A stretch of 64,000 nt of DNA from Bacteroidetes bacterium GWA2_32_17 (GCA_001769035.1 MENF01000066.1:2389-66388); one strand, 5' to 3'; shown: positions 12,265-23,832, counted from the stretch's first letter. Program-made: numbers and translations. The notes: a model not told the origin generated them from the letters alone.

Positions 12265-12392
12265 CTATCGTTGCAAAGATAAAACCTATTTTATAAATAA
12301 AAAAATATTTTTTTATTTATTTAGATATAACAGGTTTTAAAACCTGTTAATTCTTGTAAATATTTTTTAATTTTGTAAAAAGTATTTCAGAT

Positions 12393-12893
12393 ATGAAAAG
12401 AATAACTTTAGTAACCATACTGATATTGTTTTCGTTATTGGCAAATAGCCAAGAAAAAAAGCTGATTTATATTCCAACTTTAAATGGAATGAAACAAATT
12501 GACGAAGCTGTAACAAAAGCTAAAGATGATAATAAAAATGTATTAGTTCAGGTTGGTGGAAACTGGTGCCCATGGTGTTTTAAATTTAATAATTTTTGTA
12601 AAGATGTTCCTCAAATTGATTCCATAATAAAATCGAGCTACGTTCTTATACATTTGAATTACAGTAAAGAAAACAGAAATTATGATGCTTTGGAAAGATT
12701 AGGATTTCCACAAAGGTTTGGTTTTCCTGTGCTCGTTGTTTTAAATTCAAAAGGTGAAAGATTGCATACTCAAGATAGTGGGTTGCTCGAAAAAGAAAAA
12801 GGCTACGATACTTTAAAAGTAGCAACCTTTTTAAATAACTGGACACCTCAAATATTTAATAAAGAGAGGTATATTGTTAATGAAAATAAGTAA
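12393..12893 (+). CDS. Exported thioredoxin-family protein
   Basis: Signal peptide, GGNWCPWC, FGFPVLVVL. Confidence 0.88.
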   Translation: MKRITLVTILILFSLLANSQEKKLIYIPTLNGMKQIDEAVTKAKDDNKNVLVQVGGNWCPWCFKFNNFCKDVPQIDSIIKSSYVLIHLNYSKENRNYDALERLGFPQRFGFPVLVVLNSKGERLHTQDSGLLEKEKGYDTLKVATFLNNWTPQIFNKERYIVNENK

Positions 12894-13213
12894 CGACAGT
12901 CAGTCCAAAAACCCATTTTTCTATAAATTTTAATCAAATATTAAGTGATTAAACGAAATAAAAAATAATCAACAACTTAAAGTGTTTTATAATTTGTTAA
13001 AAAGATGGGGCGTATTCATATTATTGATAACAGATATTTGTTATATTAATGTGCATATTATATTCACAATTGGTCTGTGTGCCACAGACCAAGGATGTAA
13101 AGATATTGCACATTATTAGAAAAAAGGTTTTAATATAAGACAATAACAGCCAATTTGGGTTTTATTTTTAACTGTATTCCACCTGCCAAGTGTATAATTT
13201 GTATATACGGGAC

Positions 13214-13245
13214 TTCTAAAATCCGATAGCTATCGGATTTTAGAA
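13214..13245. repeat. Perfect 32-bp palindrome (ATCCGATAGCTATCGGAT core), possibly acting as a terminator
   Basis: TTCTAAAATCCGATAGCTATCGGATTTTAGAA; the core recurs at ~38963. Confidence 0.8.
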
Positions 13246-13260
13246 CCCCTCTATAGTAAA

Positions 13261-14760
13261 TTATTGTTTCACAAATTTTTTAATTTGTGAAACATTTTTT
13301 GAATATATTTTTAACAAATAAATTCCTTTCGGTAAATTTGAAATATCAATGTAAGATTTTTTCCCAATTTCAGAGCAATGTATCTTTTGATTTAAAACAT
13401 TATAAATTTCGACTGTAAATAAACCCGTAGCATTTGTTATTTCAATGTTTAAATTATTTACAGAAGGATTTGGAAAAAGATTTATACTTATCTCATCAAC
13501 AACTGTTTTGGATTTGATATTTGTCGAAAATAATTCACAAAAATTAAATACTTGAGGGGCAAATTGATAAGCTGGGTTTCCATAATGGCTCACTGCTATT
13601 TTAAATACACAATCTTCGGGTATTACCTGAATAAATTGAAGGTTTATATTCTGAACAGATTGTGTTTTCATTATGTTCCAGTTATCAGATGAACCGATGT
13701 TTTGTCCGTTGTAATTTGTGTGAATAACATTACTCACATTCAAATATCGTGAACAATAAATTTGGGCATTGTTTCTTTTCACCATGTCATTGGCAGCATA
13801 TAAATTATCGCCATCAATACTATCGGTATAATTATTATATCGAAAAGTTACATAAGGTTGTTGTGGAGCCAGTTCTGCCACCATGGCAATCAGACTATCG
13901 TAACCCGCTGTTGATGGAGCCAGCGAACATACAATAAAACCGCTTGCATACCCATTGGTATTAGAAGATAATGCGTCGCGAATATCATTAACATTGTGCA
14001 AACCATCGTTATTAAAATCAACTTTTTCTAATCCTTTTCGTATGGCAAGCGTTACTGGTTCGTAGCCTTTGTTTACTAAAGCGGTGAAGCCGTTAACTGT
14101 ATTTAAAAAAGCAGTAACCCCATGAATGTTAAATGCCTGTGAAGCAGCCATCTGTCCGGCAGTACCTGTTAAAATCCATGGTTGTTCGTTAGTTTCAGAG
14201 GGGACATGAATAATTACCACTTGATTGTTGGTAATATTGGTATCTAATGGGCTTGCATCAAGATGATGGGAAATAACTGACTTACCGTTTAAATCTGTTC
14301 CCAAAGTAGCATCGCCCCAATCCATGAGACTGGAACAATTCTGAATAATTTCTTTTTTGGTAATAAATCCCGAAAGGTCAGTAATAAAATTTACAACAAA
14401 TAAATCAAGGTACGAAATTCCGGCAGTATCAATACCTGCATTTGCCATTCCATCTAACATAGCCTTTGCTTCAGTTACATAAATGGTGTCTATAGAAAAA
14501 TTATTTTGATTCCCTATAATTGATTTTGCCAACGGAAGCAGACCTCCAAAGTTAGGAAGAATGTAATTATTATATACAGAAAATATTTTCTGACTACATA
14601 AATATCCATAAGCAAAACCACGTTGGTAATGGGTTCCCCACACTTTTACAACTCTGATATTACCTGTGTCGGAAACTAATTCACCATTTACCGGTTGTGC
14701 ATACACTATACTTAAAGATGATGCAATAACAAAAACAACGATTACAAATATTTTTTTCAT
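13261..14760 (-). CDS. C45/NAAA-like Ntn hydrolase with T9SS C-terminal domain
   Basis: WGTHYQRGFAYGYL, NCSS putative nucleophile, FPNP...GIYLLK...KKFVKQ CTD. Confidence 0.75.
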   Translation of the reverse strand: MKKIFVIVVFVIASSLSIVYAQPVNGELVSDTGNIRVVKVWGTHYQRGFAYGYLCSQKIFSVYNNYILPNFGGLLPLAKSIIGNQNNFSIDTIYVTEAKAMLDGMANAGIDTAGISYLDLFVVNFITDLSGFITKKEIIQNCSSLMDWGDATLGTDLNGKSVISHHLDASPLDTNITNNQVVIIHVPSETNEQPWILTGTAGQMAASQAFNIHGVTAFLNTVNGFTALVNKGYEPVTLAIRKGLEKVDFNNDGLHNVNDIRDALSSNTNGYASGFIVCSLAPSTAGYDSLIAMVAELAPQQPYVTFRYNNYTDSIDGDNLYAANDMVKRNNAQIYCSRYLNVSNVIHTNYNGQNIGSSDNWNIMKTQSVQNINLQFIQVIPEDCVFKIAVSHYGNPAYQFAPQVFNFCELFSTNIKSKTVVDEISINLFPNPSVNNLNIEITNATGLFTVEIYNVLNQKIHCSEIGKKSYIDISNLPKGIYLLKIYSKNVSQIKKFVKQ

Positions 14761-15020
14761 GTGTTTATATTTTTTAGTTTATTGATACTCTATTTTTTAT
14801 ATTTTTCAGATTGATGTAGATTGAAGAAGATTGATAAGATTGATGAAGACGTTCTTCAATCTTGTCTTCTCAATCTATTCAATCTTGTTTTCTCAATCTA
14901 TTCAATCTTGTTTTCTCAATCTATTCAATCTTGTTTTCTCAATCTTCTCAATCGTACTAATAATCATTCCCTTTCCTATAAATCGGAACAAGTCGTGTGT
15001 TTTAAAATTAATCATGGATG
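14761..15020 (-). mobile_element. Third copy of the ATGAAA-flanked element, with TCAATCT repeats
   Basis: TTTCAT at 14755-14760 and 15021-15026; strongly similar to 7579-7826. Confidence 0.7.
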
Positions 15021-15025
15021 TTTCA

Positions 15026-15991
15026 TTAAACAAACCCTGTTTTTTTTGAAAATGAAATTATTTTATTTGCAAGAACTTCGGCTAATTTTATTTTCGATTC
15101 GTGAGTCCAGCCTGCAGAGTGTGGAGTAATAATTACTTTAGGGTTGTTAAGCAAATAATAAAATGTAGCTGGCATATTGTTTAAATCCATTTTGTCAAAT
15201 GAAGATTCCTCATACTCAATAACATCGAGCCCGGCACCTTTAATTTTTCCTGTGTCTATTGCATTTAAAAGACTTTCTGTTTCAACTACCAGACCACGAG
15301 AAGTGTTTATTAGGTAAATGTTTTTTTTGAATTTATTGATGAATTTACTGTTAACCATGTACTTTGTTTCTTCTGTTAAAGGAACATGCAGGCTAATAAT
15401 GTCAGAAAGCATGAAGATATCGTCTAATGCAACTTCTTTTGTATATCCATCGCTGTAATTTGTTTTATATTTATCGTACGAAATTACATTTGTTTCGAAT
15501 CCTGAAAGTTTATGTGCAAAAGCACTTCCCATGTTTCCGTATCCAATTATTCCAATAGTTTTTCCTTTAATTTCTGTTCCTCTGTTTTCTTCGCGTAACC
15601 ATCTCCCATTTTTTATTTCAAAATTCGATTTATTTATATTTGTTAAAAGCGATAACAACAATCCCACAGCTTGTTCGCCAACTGCATCGCGACTGCCTTC
15701 GGGAGAGTTTACACATTCAATATTTTTAAATTTAGCAAATTCGGTATCAATACTTTCCAATCCAGAACCAACTCTGCCTATGAATTTAAGTTTTGTTGCT
15801 TTCGATAAAATTTCTTTGTCAAGTGTTAAGCGACTTCTTAAAATAATACCAGTATAATTGCCAATAGTATTTAGTAATTTGTTATAATTAATTTCGGTAT
15901 CAATTTCACAATTAAAGCCACTTGCTTCTAACATTTGTTTTAACAATGGATGCGTTGAATCTATAAAAAGTATTTTGTTCATTGTTTTCAA
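15026..15991 (-). CDS. D-isomer-specific 2-hydroxyacid dehydrogenase (SerA-like)
   Basis: GIIGYGNMG, SLHVPLT, INTSRG, GAGLDV, TPH. Confidence 0.9.
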   Translation of the reverse strand: MKTMNKILFIDSTHPLLKQMLEASGFNCEIDTEINYNKLLNTIGNYTGIILRSRLTLDKEILSKATKLKFIGRVGSGLESIDTEFAKFKNIECVNSPEGSRDAVGEQAVGLLLSLLTNINKSNFEIKNGRWLREENRGTEIKGKTIGIIGYGNMGSAFAHKLSGFETNVISYDKYKTNYSDGYTKEVALDDIFMLSDIISLHVPLTEETKYMVNSKFINKFKKNIYLINTSRGLVVETESLLNAIDTGKIKGAGLDVIEYEESSFDKMDLNNMPATFYYLLNNPKVIITPHSAGWTHESKIKLAEVLANKIISFSKKTGFV

Positions 15992-16035
15992 AATTTTAAT
16001 AAGATGTTTCGACTTCGCTCAACATGACAAAAATT

Positions 16036-16584
16036 CTAAATTTTAACATTAGGTCTATCAAAGAATGGGTTTTTTGAAGTTGCCGAAAGCGGTATTCCAA
16101 AAGCAATTTTTACTTCTTTTCCGAGAAGTTCTAATTTTAATGCCGCTTGTCCAATGCTAAACATTACCCTGTTATCAATATGATGATTTGATGCTACCGA
16201 AACCGCAGAACCAATGGCAATTCCCAAATCATTTGTATTAAAAACGCATGGCATATCTTCGTGTTTCTTTTTTTCGGAACAATTTTTAAAACCACACATT
16301 CCGCATTTTTTTATATCTTGAGTTTTAATGCGAGTGCCAATAATTAAAATTGCAGGAGAATTTAAAATATTTTCGGCATCGCGGTTAAAAAAATCCATTT
16401 TATATTTTTTACCTATTCCTTCCATTGTTTCCGAAAGCATTTTAATTGTTTTATCAGTAACAATTGCAATTTCAAGATTATCGTTACCACGTGCTTTAGG
16501 AGCTGTTCTAGCTGCAACTGCCATAAGTTTGGCAACTTTCAGAACTACTTCAGCATTTATTTTATTTTCGTTTATTACAGCCAT
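16036..16584 (-). CDS. DUF2148 ferredoxin-like protein
   Basis: AARTAPKARG, CGMCGFKNC, DLGIAIGSA, DNRVM, KNPFFDR. Confidence 0.85.
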   Translation of the reverse strand: MAVINENKINAEVVLKVAKLMAVAARTAPKARGNDNLEIAIVTDKTIKMLSETMEGIGKKYKMDFFNRDAENILNSPAILIIGTRIKTQDIKKCGMCGFKNCSEKKKHEDMPCVFNTNDLGIAIGSAVSVASNHHIDNRVMFSIGQAALKLELLGKEVKIAFGIPLSATSKNPFFDRPNVKI

Positions 16585-16726
16585 TTTTTTTAAAAATTTT
16601 ATAAAGATAATATTTATTAAGAAGTTTCAGGTTTTAGGTTTTTAGTTCTTTGTGTTAAAAAATAACTCAATAAAATAGTAACTTTATAACCAAAAACCAT
16701 AAACTTTTAAACCAAAAACTAAATAA

Positions 16727-17614
16727 CTACTTAACTTCAAGTAACTCAACCTCAAAAACAACCGAAGTATATGCCGGAATAATTCCACTTGACGAACCTT
16801 TTTCACCAAAAGCAAGTGCCGAAGGCATAATAAAAAGTGCGTGGTCGCCTTGTTTCATTTCTCCAATTGCTTCTTCGAGTCCCTTTACCACTTGCCACTC
16901 AGTTCCATAAACGAATTGAAATGGTTCATTTCGCTTTTTTGTACTATCGAAAATTTTACCGTTTAAAAATCTTCCTTCATAATGTACTGTAATAGTATCA
17001 CTTACCTCAACTTTTTTACCATCACCTTTTTTAATATCAATCCTATAAATACCTGTTTGTGATGGATTTGCATTTATTTGTTCGTTTTCTATAAAATGCT
17101 TTAATACAGATTGCTCATATTCGCCAAAACCGCTAACCCAACTTAAAAATTCTTCTTTCCCTTTTTCAAAATTTTCAAATGAAGAAACTGACAACATTTT
17201 AATACCAATCTTAAAAAAACTTTGTGGAGGTATAAATTTTGGCAAAGGAGCTTTTATTGTTTTATAAAAAAACTTATCGGCATCAATATAAAACGAAGCG
17301 CTGTCATTTTCCGAAAGCATTGCAAAACATTCCTGAATTGAACCTCGGAATGGAGGTGGATTATATTTTATACTTCTGATTGCATCGAAAAACAACGAAT
17401 CGTTTCCTGTAAAATATTTAATGTGAAATGTTATATAATCGCCATTTTTAGGTTTTTTGGATTTTCTGCTGACTTGAAGTAATTTATAATAAATTCCGTT
17501 TGGAGTTTTTTTGTAATCATCAACTTCCGGCTTGTTTTTGCATGAAAATAAAATAATTATTAGCAAAATAAAAAATGATATGTTTTTTTTTAATAACATC
17601 TGAAAAATTAGCAA
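16727..17614 (-). CDS. FKBP-type peptidyl-prolyl isomerase lipoprotein (two FKBP domains)
   Basis: LFSC lipobox, VHYEGRFLNGKIFDS, IPAYTSVVFEVEL. Confidence 0.9.
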   Translation of the reverse strand: MLIFQMLLKKNISFFILLIIILFSCKNKPEVDDYKKTPNGIYYKLLQVSRKSKKPKNGDYITFHIKYFTGNDSLFFDAIRSIKYNPPPFRGSIQECFAMLSENDSASFYIDADKFFYKTIKAPLPKFIPPQSFFKIGIKMLSVSSFENFEKGKEEFLSWVSGFGEYEQSVLKHFIENEQINANPSQTGIYRIDIKKGDGKKVEVSDTITVHYEGRFLNGKIFDSTKKRNEPFQFVYGTEWQVVKGLEEAIGEMKQGDHALFIMPSALAFGEKGSSSGIIPAYTSVVFEVELLEVK

Positions 17615-17639
17615 TTACAAAACTACATCATTTTATTTT

Positions 17640-17835
17640 TAAAATTTGATTTTTGTGTTTTGGGATTTTAAATTTGAAATTTGGAATTTGGCACTTGGAA
17701 TTTGGCACTGGCTTGGAGCGGTCAGATGGGTTAGGAAATAGACACACAATTTACTACGTACCCATCAGACCGCTTGGAGTTAGTTTGGTATTTGAAATTT
17801 GGAATTTTGCACTTGGAATTTGAGACTTGGAATTT
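17640..17835. repeat. TTGGAAT-type heptamer tract with a nested palindrome
   Basis: Repeated TTGGAAT/TTGAAAT; AGCGGTCAGATGGGT (17717) / ACCCATCAGACCGCT (17760). Confidence 0.75.
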
Positions 17836-17913
17836 ATTTGTTATAAGTAAGGGTAAAATTATTTTTAAGTGTATTAAAAAAAGAATAATTTTGTACTAAC
17901 TAACAATTTAGAT

Positions 17914-19233
17914 ATGAGAAGAAATATATATTTATTGTTTTTTATTTTCATTTCAATTACTTGTTCAGCCCAGTCAAACTATATGGGGAAATTAGGGTAT
18001 GGTGTATCACCTTTGGGGCACCCCGATTTTTCGCAGTTTGGAGCTTTTTTACAGGAAGTTTCAAATACCTGCAACGGTGGAGTTGTTTATGCCAACGGAA
18101 GTTGGAGTGATACAATAACTAAAAGTGGAAATATTCCAAATTTAAACAACATTATTTGCCAGTTGCAACCCTTACCTTATAACTATGTTGATATGGTAAA
18201 TTGTGCATGGGCAACATATCCTCAACTACATTTGGCTGTACCATCAAACCCTACTAATAACTGGACAAATGCTGAAATGAAAAATTTATTTCTTCAAATG
18301 CTTATTAATACTGCCGACTCGCTTCATCCAGCTTATGTTTTTATTGGCAATGAAATAAGCATGTACTGGGAGCAGGATTCGTTGGATTATTTGAATTGGG
18401 TTTCATTTTATAATCAAGCTTATGATTCTATAAAAGTTCATTCGCCAAATTCAAAAGTAGGAACTACTTTTAATTTTGAACATCTTTCGGGAAATGGAAT
18501 TTTAACAGGTTGGAGTACACCATATTGGAATGCCTTTGATATTTTTGATACAAGCAAATTAGATATTATTGGTTTAACAGTTTATCCTTTTTTTAATTAC
18601 CAACATGCTAATGATGTACCTTTAAATTATCTTGACCCGATTTTTTCAAGGATTGGTAATAAGCCAGTTGTTATTGCGGAAACAGGTTGGCCTGGCGATT
18701 CTTTAATTGGCTCATGGTATGCTTCTTCTTTGGAACAAGTTAATTATGTAAATAAAATTTTTAATATAATTTCCGGCAAAAATGTTGAAGTTGTAAACTG
18801 GTTATTTTTAAATTATTGGATGGAACCATCTGACTCCGCTGTTGTAAAACTTTTTAAAAGCGTAGCTTTACGAGATTCTCTCGGAAATGACAGACCGGCA
18901 CTTGCAGAATGGTTATTACATTGTAATAACAATATAGTTAAAGAAAATAATAATTCAGAAGAAATAAGTATTTACCCTAATCCATTCAGCAACTCAACCA
19001 CTTTAGAAATCATTAATAACAAAACACAAAATAATAATTATGATATAACAATATTTGACGTCTTTGGCAAAACTGTTTACCAATCAACCATCAACAAATC
19101 CACTCCCCTCTCCTTTGGAGAGGGGTCGGGGGTGAGGTCAATAATAAATCTTAATTTGCCAAATGGAATTTATTTTTTACAGGTAAAAAGAAATAATTTT
19201 TTACAAACTAAAAAGCTGGAGGTAATAAAATGA
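17914..19233 (+). CDS. Clan GH-A-like glycoside hydrolase domain + T9SS CTD
   Basis: IGNEI and IAETGWP glutamate motifs; YPNP...KKLEVIK CTD. Confidence 0.7.
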   Translation: MRRNIYLLFFIFISITCSAQSNYMGKLGYGVSPLGHPDFSQFGAFLQEVSNTCNGGVVYANGSWSDTITKSGNIPNLNNIICQLQPLPYNYVDMVNCAWATYPQLHLAVPSNPTNNWTNAEMKNLFLQMLINTADSLHPAYVFIGNEISMYWEQDSLDYLNWVSFYNQAYDSIKVHSPNSKVGTTFNFEHLSGNGILTGWSTPYWNAFDIFDTSKLDIIGLTVYPFFNYQHANDVPLNYLDPIFSRIGNKPVVIAETGWPGDSLIGSWYASSLEQVNYVNKIFNIISGKNVEVVNWLFLNYWMEPSDSAVVKLFKSVALRDSLGNDRPALAEWLLHCNNNIVKENNNSEEISIYPNPFSNSTTLEIINNKTQNNNYDITIFDVFGKTVYQSTINKSTPLSFGEGSGVRSIINLNLPNGIYFLQVKRNNFLQTKKLEVIK

Positions 19234-21131
19234 AAATTTATTTATTTATATTAACAATAAGTATAAATATTTTAAATCATGTTTTTGCTCAAACTACTTA
19301 CTATGTTAATGGTAATAATAGCACAGCAAGCGACTATAATTCCGGCACAAGCCCCAGTGCAGCATGGAAGACATTAAGAAGAGCATGCATGGATACTACT
19401 ACTCCTGCTCCAGGTGATACAATTATTATAATGCAAGGTATTTACAGAGCATCACTTATTCCTAAGAAATCCGGCAGCCCAGGCAACTATATTACATTTC
19501 GTTCTGATACTACTTTTAGTACAAAAATAACAGGTATTGTTCTTTTAGATTCAGTTATTGCTGAAGGTGCAATATGGCAACAGGATACTCTTTGGCATCA
19601 GTTGGATACCAGTCTTCACAATGTTTGGAAAATACAATTAGATAGCACTAAACACGGTTATGTTGAAGCATACAGGGATACACAGCGTATGCCTTCCTTT
19701 AAAAGTATAGATGGAGGTGGCAGTCAACTTCCTTTAGATAGTAGTTATATATACCAAAACCATGTATCCTCAGGCAAAAGCTTTGTTTCCGATTCACTTA
19801 ATACACTTTTTGTTTTTCTTGAAGATACTGTAAGTAGCCCTGATATTTATTCATGGTACATCACAAAAAATAATGGAGTTTTTATAAACAACCAATCTTA
19901 TATTAAAATTCAAGGGTTTGAAATTGATTCTTTTGCAGAAGTTGGAGTACTTGTACAAGGATGCAATCATATTGCAATTGATAGTGATTCGATTCACCAT
20001 AACGGAAGAACAGGCATTGCTATAAACTTCACCAATAGCAATATTTTGGTTACAAATAATGATGTTTCGTACAATGGAATCGGACTCGGATATTCTTCTG
20101 GAATTAGTATATTCAGAGCAACAAATTCAAGTTTATACATCATTGGAAATAAATCTCATCATAATGCGGATTCTGCAACTTTTAGTTTTAGTCCTTCAGA
20201 TGGAAATGGATTTATTATTGATGAATCGGCAGATGTTGGACAAAATGGTGGTTGCACTTTTAAAAATAATGTATCCTATTTTAATCAAGGTTCCGGAATA
20301 CGTATTCATCGCAGTAAAAATTGTGAGGTAAAAAATAATACTACATATAAAAATGGTTGTAATGAGATGGATATAGGCGATCAAATAGCACCTGCAACCC
20401 TTGCCGATACTTTAATTTTACTTGATAATATTATTATTGAAAATAATATTTTTTTTGCTAAATCGAACAAATACCCGTTTAGTATGAGTTTTACACATAA
20501 TTTCGGTTCGATTATTTCAAACTTCAATGATTTTTATCGTAATAATGCAATCTCAAATTCTTTGCTTTTTAATATCACTGATTCGTTAAACCTAATGTAC
20601 ATAGGAGTTGACAGTATAAGTCAGTTCCAAAACATAACAGGAAATGATATTAATTCATTTGTTGCCGACCCGTTATTAGACTCTATTCTTCATTTGCAAT
20701 CTATTTCACCATGTATTGATACTGGCAATCCAGATTTATATAATGATGGACAAACATGGATTACAGATACTACCGACCAAGACCCTGACGGAACAAGAAT
20801 GGATATAGGTGCTTACTATTTTTCGCATTCATCAGGAATTGAGGCTAATATTTTACAAAATAATTCTGTAAATGTTTATCCAAATCCATTCAATGAAACA
20901 ACTACACTCGAAATTAGAAACTGGAAAAATCAGAATTACGATTTAAAAATTTATGATGTTTTTGGCAAAATCGTTTACCAATCAACCATCAACAAATCCA
21001 CTCCCCTCTCCTCCGGAGAGGGGTCGGGGGTGAGGTCAGTACTTAATCTTAATTTGCCCAACGGAATTTATCTTTTGCAAATAAAAAGTGATAATTTTGT
21101 ACAAACTAAAAAACTGGAGGTAATAAAATGA
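19230..21131 (+). CDS. Right-handed beta-helix protein + T9SS CTD
   Basis: YYV..ASDYNSGT..WKTL, PGDTI, parallel beta-helix repeats, SPCIDTG, DIGAY. Confidence 0.8.
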   Translation: MKIYLFILTISINILNHVFAQTTYYVNGNNSTASDYNSGTSPSAAWKTLRRACMDTTTPAPGDTIIIMQGIYRASLIPKKSGSPGNYITFRSDTTFSTKITGIVLLDSVIAEGAIWQQDTLWHQLDTSLHNVWKIQLDSTKHGYVEAYRDTQRMPSFKSIDGGGSQLPLDSSYIYQNHVSSGKSFVSDSLNTLFVFLEDTVSSPDIYSWYITKNNGVFINNQSYIKIQGFEIDSFAEVGVLVQGCNHIAIDSDSIHHNGRTGIAINFTNSNILVTNNDVSYNGIGLGYSSGISIFRATNSSLYIIGNKSHHNADSATFSFSPSDGNGFIIDESADVGQNGGCTFKNNVSYFNQGSGIRIHRSKNCEVKNNTTYKNGCNEMDIGDQIAPATLADTLILLDNIIIENNIFFAKSNKYPFSMSFTHNFGSIISNFNDFYRNNAISNSLLFNITDSLNLMYIGVDSISQFQNITGNDINSFVADPLLDSILHLQSISPCIDTGNPDLYNDGQTWITDTTDQDPDGTRMDIGAYYFSHSSGIEANILQNNSVNVYPNPFNETTTLEIRNWKNQNYDLKIYDVFGKIVYQSTINKSTPLSSGEGSGVRSVLNLNLPNGIYLLQIKSDNFVQTKKLEVIK

Positions 21132-22648
21132 AAACAAAAATTATTTTTTTAAACAGCATTTTTTATATTATCAGTAATTTTTCTTTTTCCCAAAACCCTG
21201 GCGATTCCATTTTCTTCTCACCCAATATTCATACTGTAAAAATTTATTTCTCCCAAGCCAATTGGTGGGATTCGCTGGTGATGTATAAACCAATAGATAA
21301 AAAAATGCCTGGCGATGTGGAAATTGACGGAACATATATTAATTCCGTTGGAATTCAGTTTAAAGGGAATTCGTCTTTCAGTAAGGACAGTTTAAAAAAC
21401 TCTTTCAAGATTGACTTCAACGAGTTTGTGAGCGGACAGAAATATGACGGGTTGAAAGTCATCAACCTGAACAATGGTGCCAGTGATCCTACGATGATGC
21501 GTGAAAAAATATTTCTTGATTTCTGCCTTGCAGCAGGCGTTGAAGCACCACGGGCAACATACACTAACCTTTATATCAATGACACACTGTGGGGACTTTA
21601 TACGCTGATAGAACAGGTGAATAAAACATTTTTACAGAATGAATACGGAAACGATGGAGGCAATCTTTTTAAAGGTGACCCATACGGCACACTGGAATGG
21701 TTAGGTAGCAACCCAGCCAATTATTACCACAGCTATGAACTCAAAACCAATGAAACCGAAAACGATTGGACCGACCTTGTGCATCTCACTGACGAAATAA
21801 ATAATACTTCTTCCGTAAATCTTTACGACTCGCTGGAGAATGTTTTAAATACAATTTCGTGGATTGAAGCATGGGCAGCCAATAATATATTCGTAAACCT
21901 TGATTCGTATATGGGTTCAGGGCATAATTATTATGTTTACCACAATACAGCAACGAATAAATTTGATTTTATTATATGGGATGTTAACGGAACGTTCGGA
22001 GCAAATAAACATTTTGGGATGAATATTTCTCAACTTGAAAATCTAAGCATACTTTTCATTCCCCCAAGCCCAAGCATCCGTCCATTAAACAAAAGAATGC
22101 TTCAGGACACGACTTACTTAAATTCTTATATAAACACTGTTTGCAATTATGTGAGCAATTATTATAGCAATGCTTATCTTGACCCGATAATTGATAGTTT
22201 GGCAAACCTTATACGTCCTTATGTTTATGCCGACACTAACAAGTTTTATACAAACCAGCAGTTTGAGGATAACATTAATATAAATGTAACGACAGGAACT
22301 AATGTAATTCCCGGATTAAAATCCCTCATCACTAACCGTAGAATCAGTTTAGCTTCTCAACTGGCGACCTATGGATGTTTATTGGGAGTGAACGATATCA
22401 GCGAAGAGTCGATTTTAGAAATTTATCCTAACCCTTTCAGCGAAACAACCACACTCGAAATTACAAACTGGCAGAATCAGAATTACGATTTAAAAATATA
22501 TGATGTCTTCGGCAAATGTGTTTACCAATCTAAAATCCTTAATCAAAAATCCTTAATCCTAAATCTTAATTTGCCTAATGGAATATATTTTTTGCAAGTA
22601 AAAGGCAATAATTTTATACAAACAAAAAAAATGGAGGTAATAAAATGA
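21128..22648 (+). CDS. CotH kinase family protein + T9SS CTD
   Basis: KGNSS, SFKIDF, MREK, GLYTLIEQV, NLDSY, HNYY, WD. Confidence 0.88.
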   Translation: MKTKIIFLNSIFYIISNFSFSQNPGDSIFFSPNIHTVKIYFSQANWWDSLVMYKPIDKKMPGDVEIDGTYINSVGIQFKGNSSFSKDSLKNSFKIDFNEFVSGQKYDGLKVINLNNGASDPTMMREKIFLDFCLAAGVEAPRATYTNLYINDTLWGLYTLIEQVNKTFLQNEYGNDGGNLFKGDPYGTLEWLGSNPANYYHSYELKTNETENDWTDLVHLTDEINNTSSVNLYDSLENVLNTISWIEAWAANNIFVNLDSYMGSGHNYYVYHNTATNKFDFIIWDVNGTFGANKHFGMNISQLENLSILFIPPSPSIRPLNKRMLQDTTYLNSYINTVCNYVSNYYSNAYLDPIIDSLANLIRPYVYADTNKFYTNQQFEDNININVTTGTNVIPGLKSLITNRRISLASQLATYGCLLGVNDISEESILEIYPNPFSETTTLEITNWQNQNYDLKIYDVFGKCVYQSKILNQKSLILNLNLPNGIYFLQVKGNNFIQTKKMEVIK

Positions 22649-23832
22649 AAAACAAATTCTTTTTTACGGCATTATTCTTTGCAATATTTTGGACGGAAAG
22701 TTTTGCACAATGGATTTCTCAAACTTCCGGGACAATTCAGAATTTAAACTCAATATTTGCGACTACTAATTCCTCAGTTTTTACAGTTGGAACATCGGGA
22801 ACTGGAAGAAAAACATCTGATGGTGGTGCAATTTGGAACACTATGAGTTTAGGTGTTACAACCACGCAATATAGTTTACGATTTATAAATTCAACATCGG
22901 GATTTACAGCGGGTGGCTTTCAGGATATTTTGCAAACATCTAATAGTGGTAGCTCATGGACAAACATAGGTGGTGGAATGACTGATCTGTACGATTGTTA
23001 TTTTACATCTTTCTCTTCAGGATGGGTTGTTGGTGATATTGAAGTAGGATATGGGTTTCTCTACAATCCTTTCACTTTTAATTTAATTCAGATATCCGCC
23101 AATGCGAACAAAGTGTTACGAGGAATTTATTTTGCAAACAGTACAATAGGTTGGGTACTAGGTGATGGTGGATTAATAATTAAAACCATTAATAGCGGCA
23201 CAAATTGGACGCAACAAACATCCGGTACAACAAATCAATTAAATAAAATAATGTTCATAGATGCAAATAATGGAATCGTTGTTGGTAATACCGGAACCAT
23301 TTTGAAAACAATTAACGGAGGAACAAACTGGACTTTATCAACCAGCGGTACAACACTAAACTTAAATGCACTTTATTATGCAGATGCATTAAATATCTGG
23401 ACTTGTGGTGATAACGGAATAATACTTAAAAGTATAGACGGAGGGCTAACATGGTTTATTGAAACATCAGGAACAATAGAAAATCTAAACGCAATTCACG
23501 GTATAGGAATAACAGATATTTGGGCTTGCGGAAATAATGGGACAATTATTTATCATTCAGGAACTACTTCTGTTTTTGAAAATCAATTACAAACAAATAT
23601 TTCTGTTTACCCCAATCCCACAAACGGAGATTTGCGAATTACAATTAATGATAAATGGTTAAAAAATGCAGAACTGAAGATTTTTGATGCCTTCGGCAAA
23701 AATGTTTACCAATCAAAAATCCTTAATCTTAAATCCTTAATCCTAAATCTTAATTTGCCCAACGGAATTTATTTTTTACAAGTAAAAGGCAATAATTTTT
23801 TACAAACTAAAAAACTGGAGGTAATAAAATGA
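22645..23832 (+). CDS. YCF48/BNR beta-propeller protein + T9SS CTD
   Basis: Repeated G.ILKTxxGGxxW units. Confidence 0.85.
   Translation: MKNKFFFTALFFAIFWTESFAQWISQTSGTIQNLNSIFATTNSSVFTVGTSGTGRKTSDGGAIWNTMSLGVTTTQYSLRFINSTSGFTAGGFQDILQTSNSGSSWTNIGGGMTDLYDCYFTSFSSGWVVGDIEVGYGFLYNPFTFNLIQISANANKVLRGIYFANSTIGWVLGDGGLIIKTINSGTNWTQQTSGTTNQLNKIMFIDANNGIVVGNTGTILKTINGGTNWTLSTSGTTLNLNALYYADALNIWTCGDNGIILKSIDGGLTWFIETSGTIENLNAIHGIGITDIWACGNNGTIIYHSGTTSVFENQLQTNISVYPNPTNGDLRITINDKWLKNAELKIFDAFGKNVYQSKILNLKSLILNLNLPNGIYFLQVKGNNFLQTKKLEVIK

Noticed and set aside
14821-15129. Two plus-strand repetitive ORFs
   Set aside because: Products of the same tandem repeat; not credible proteins.
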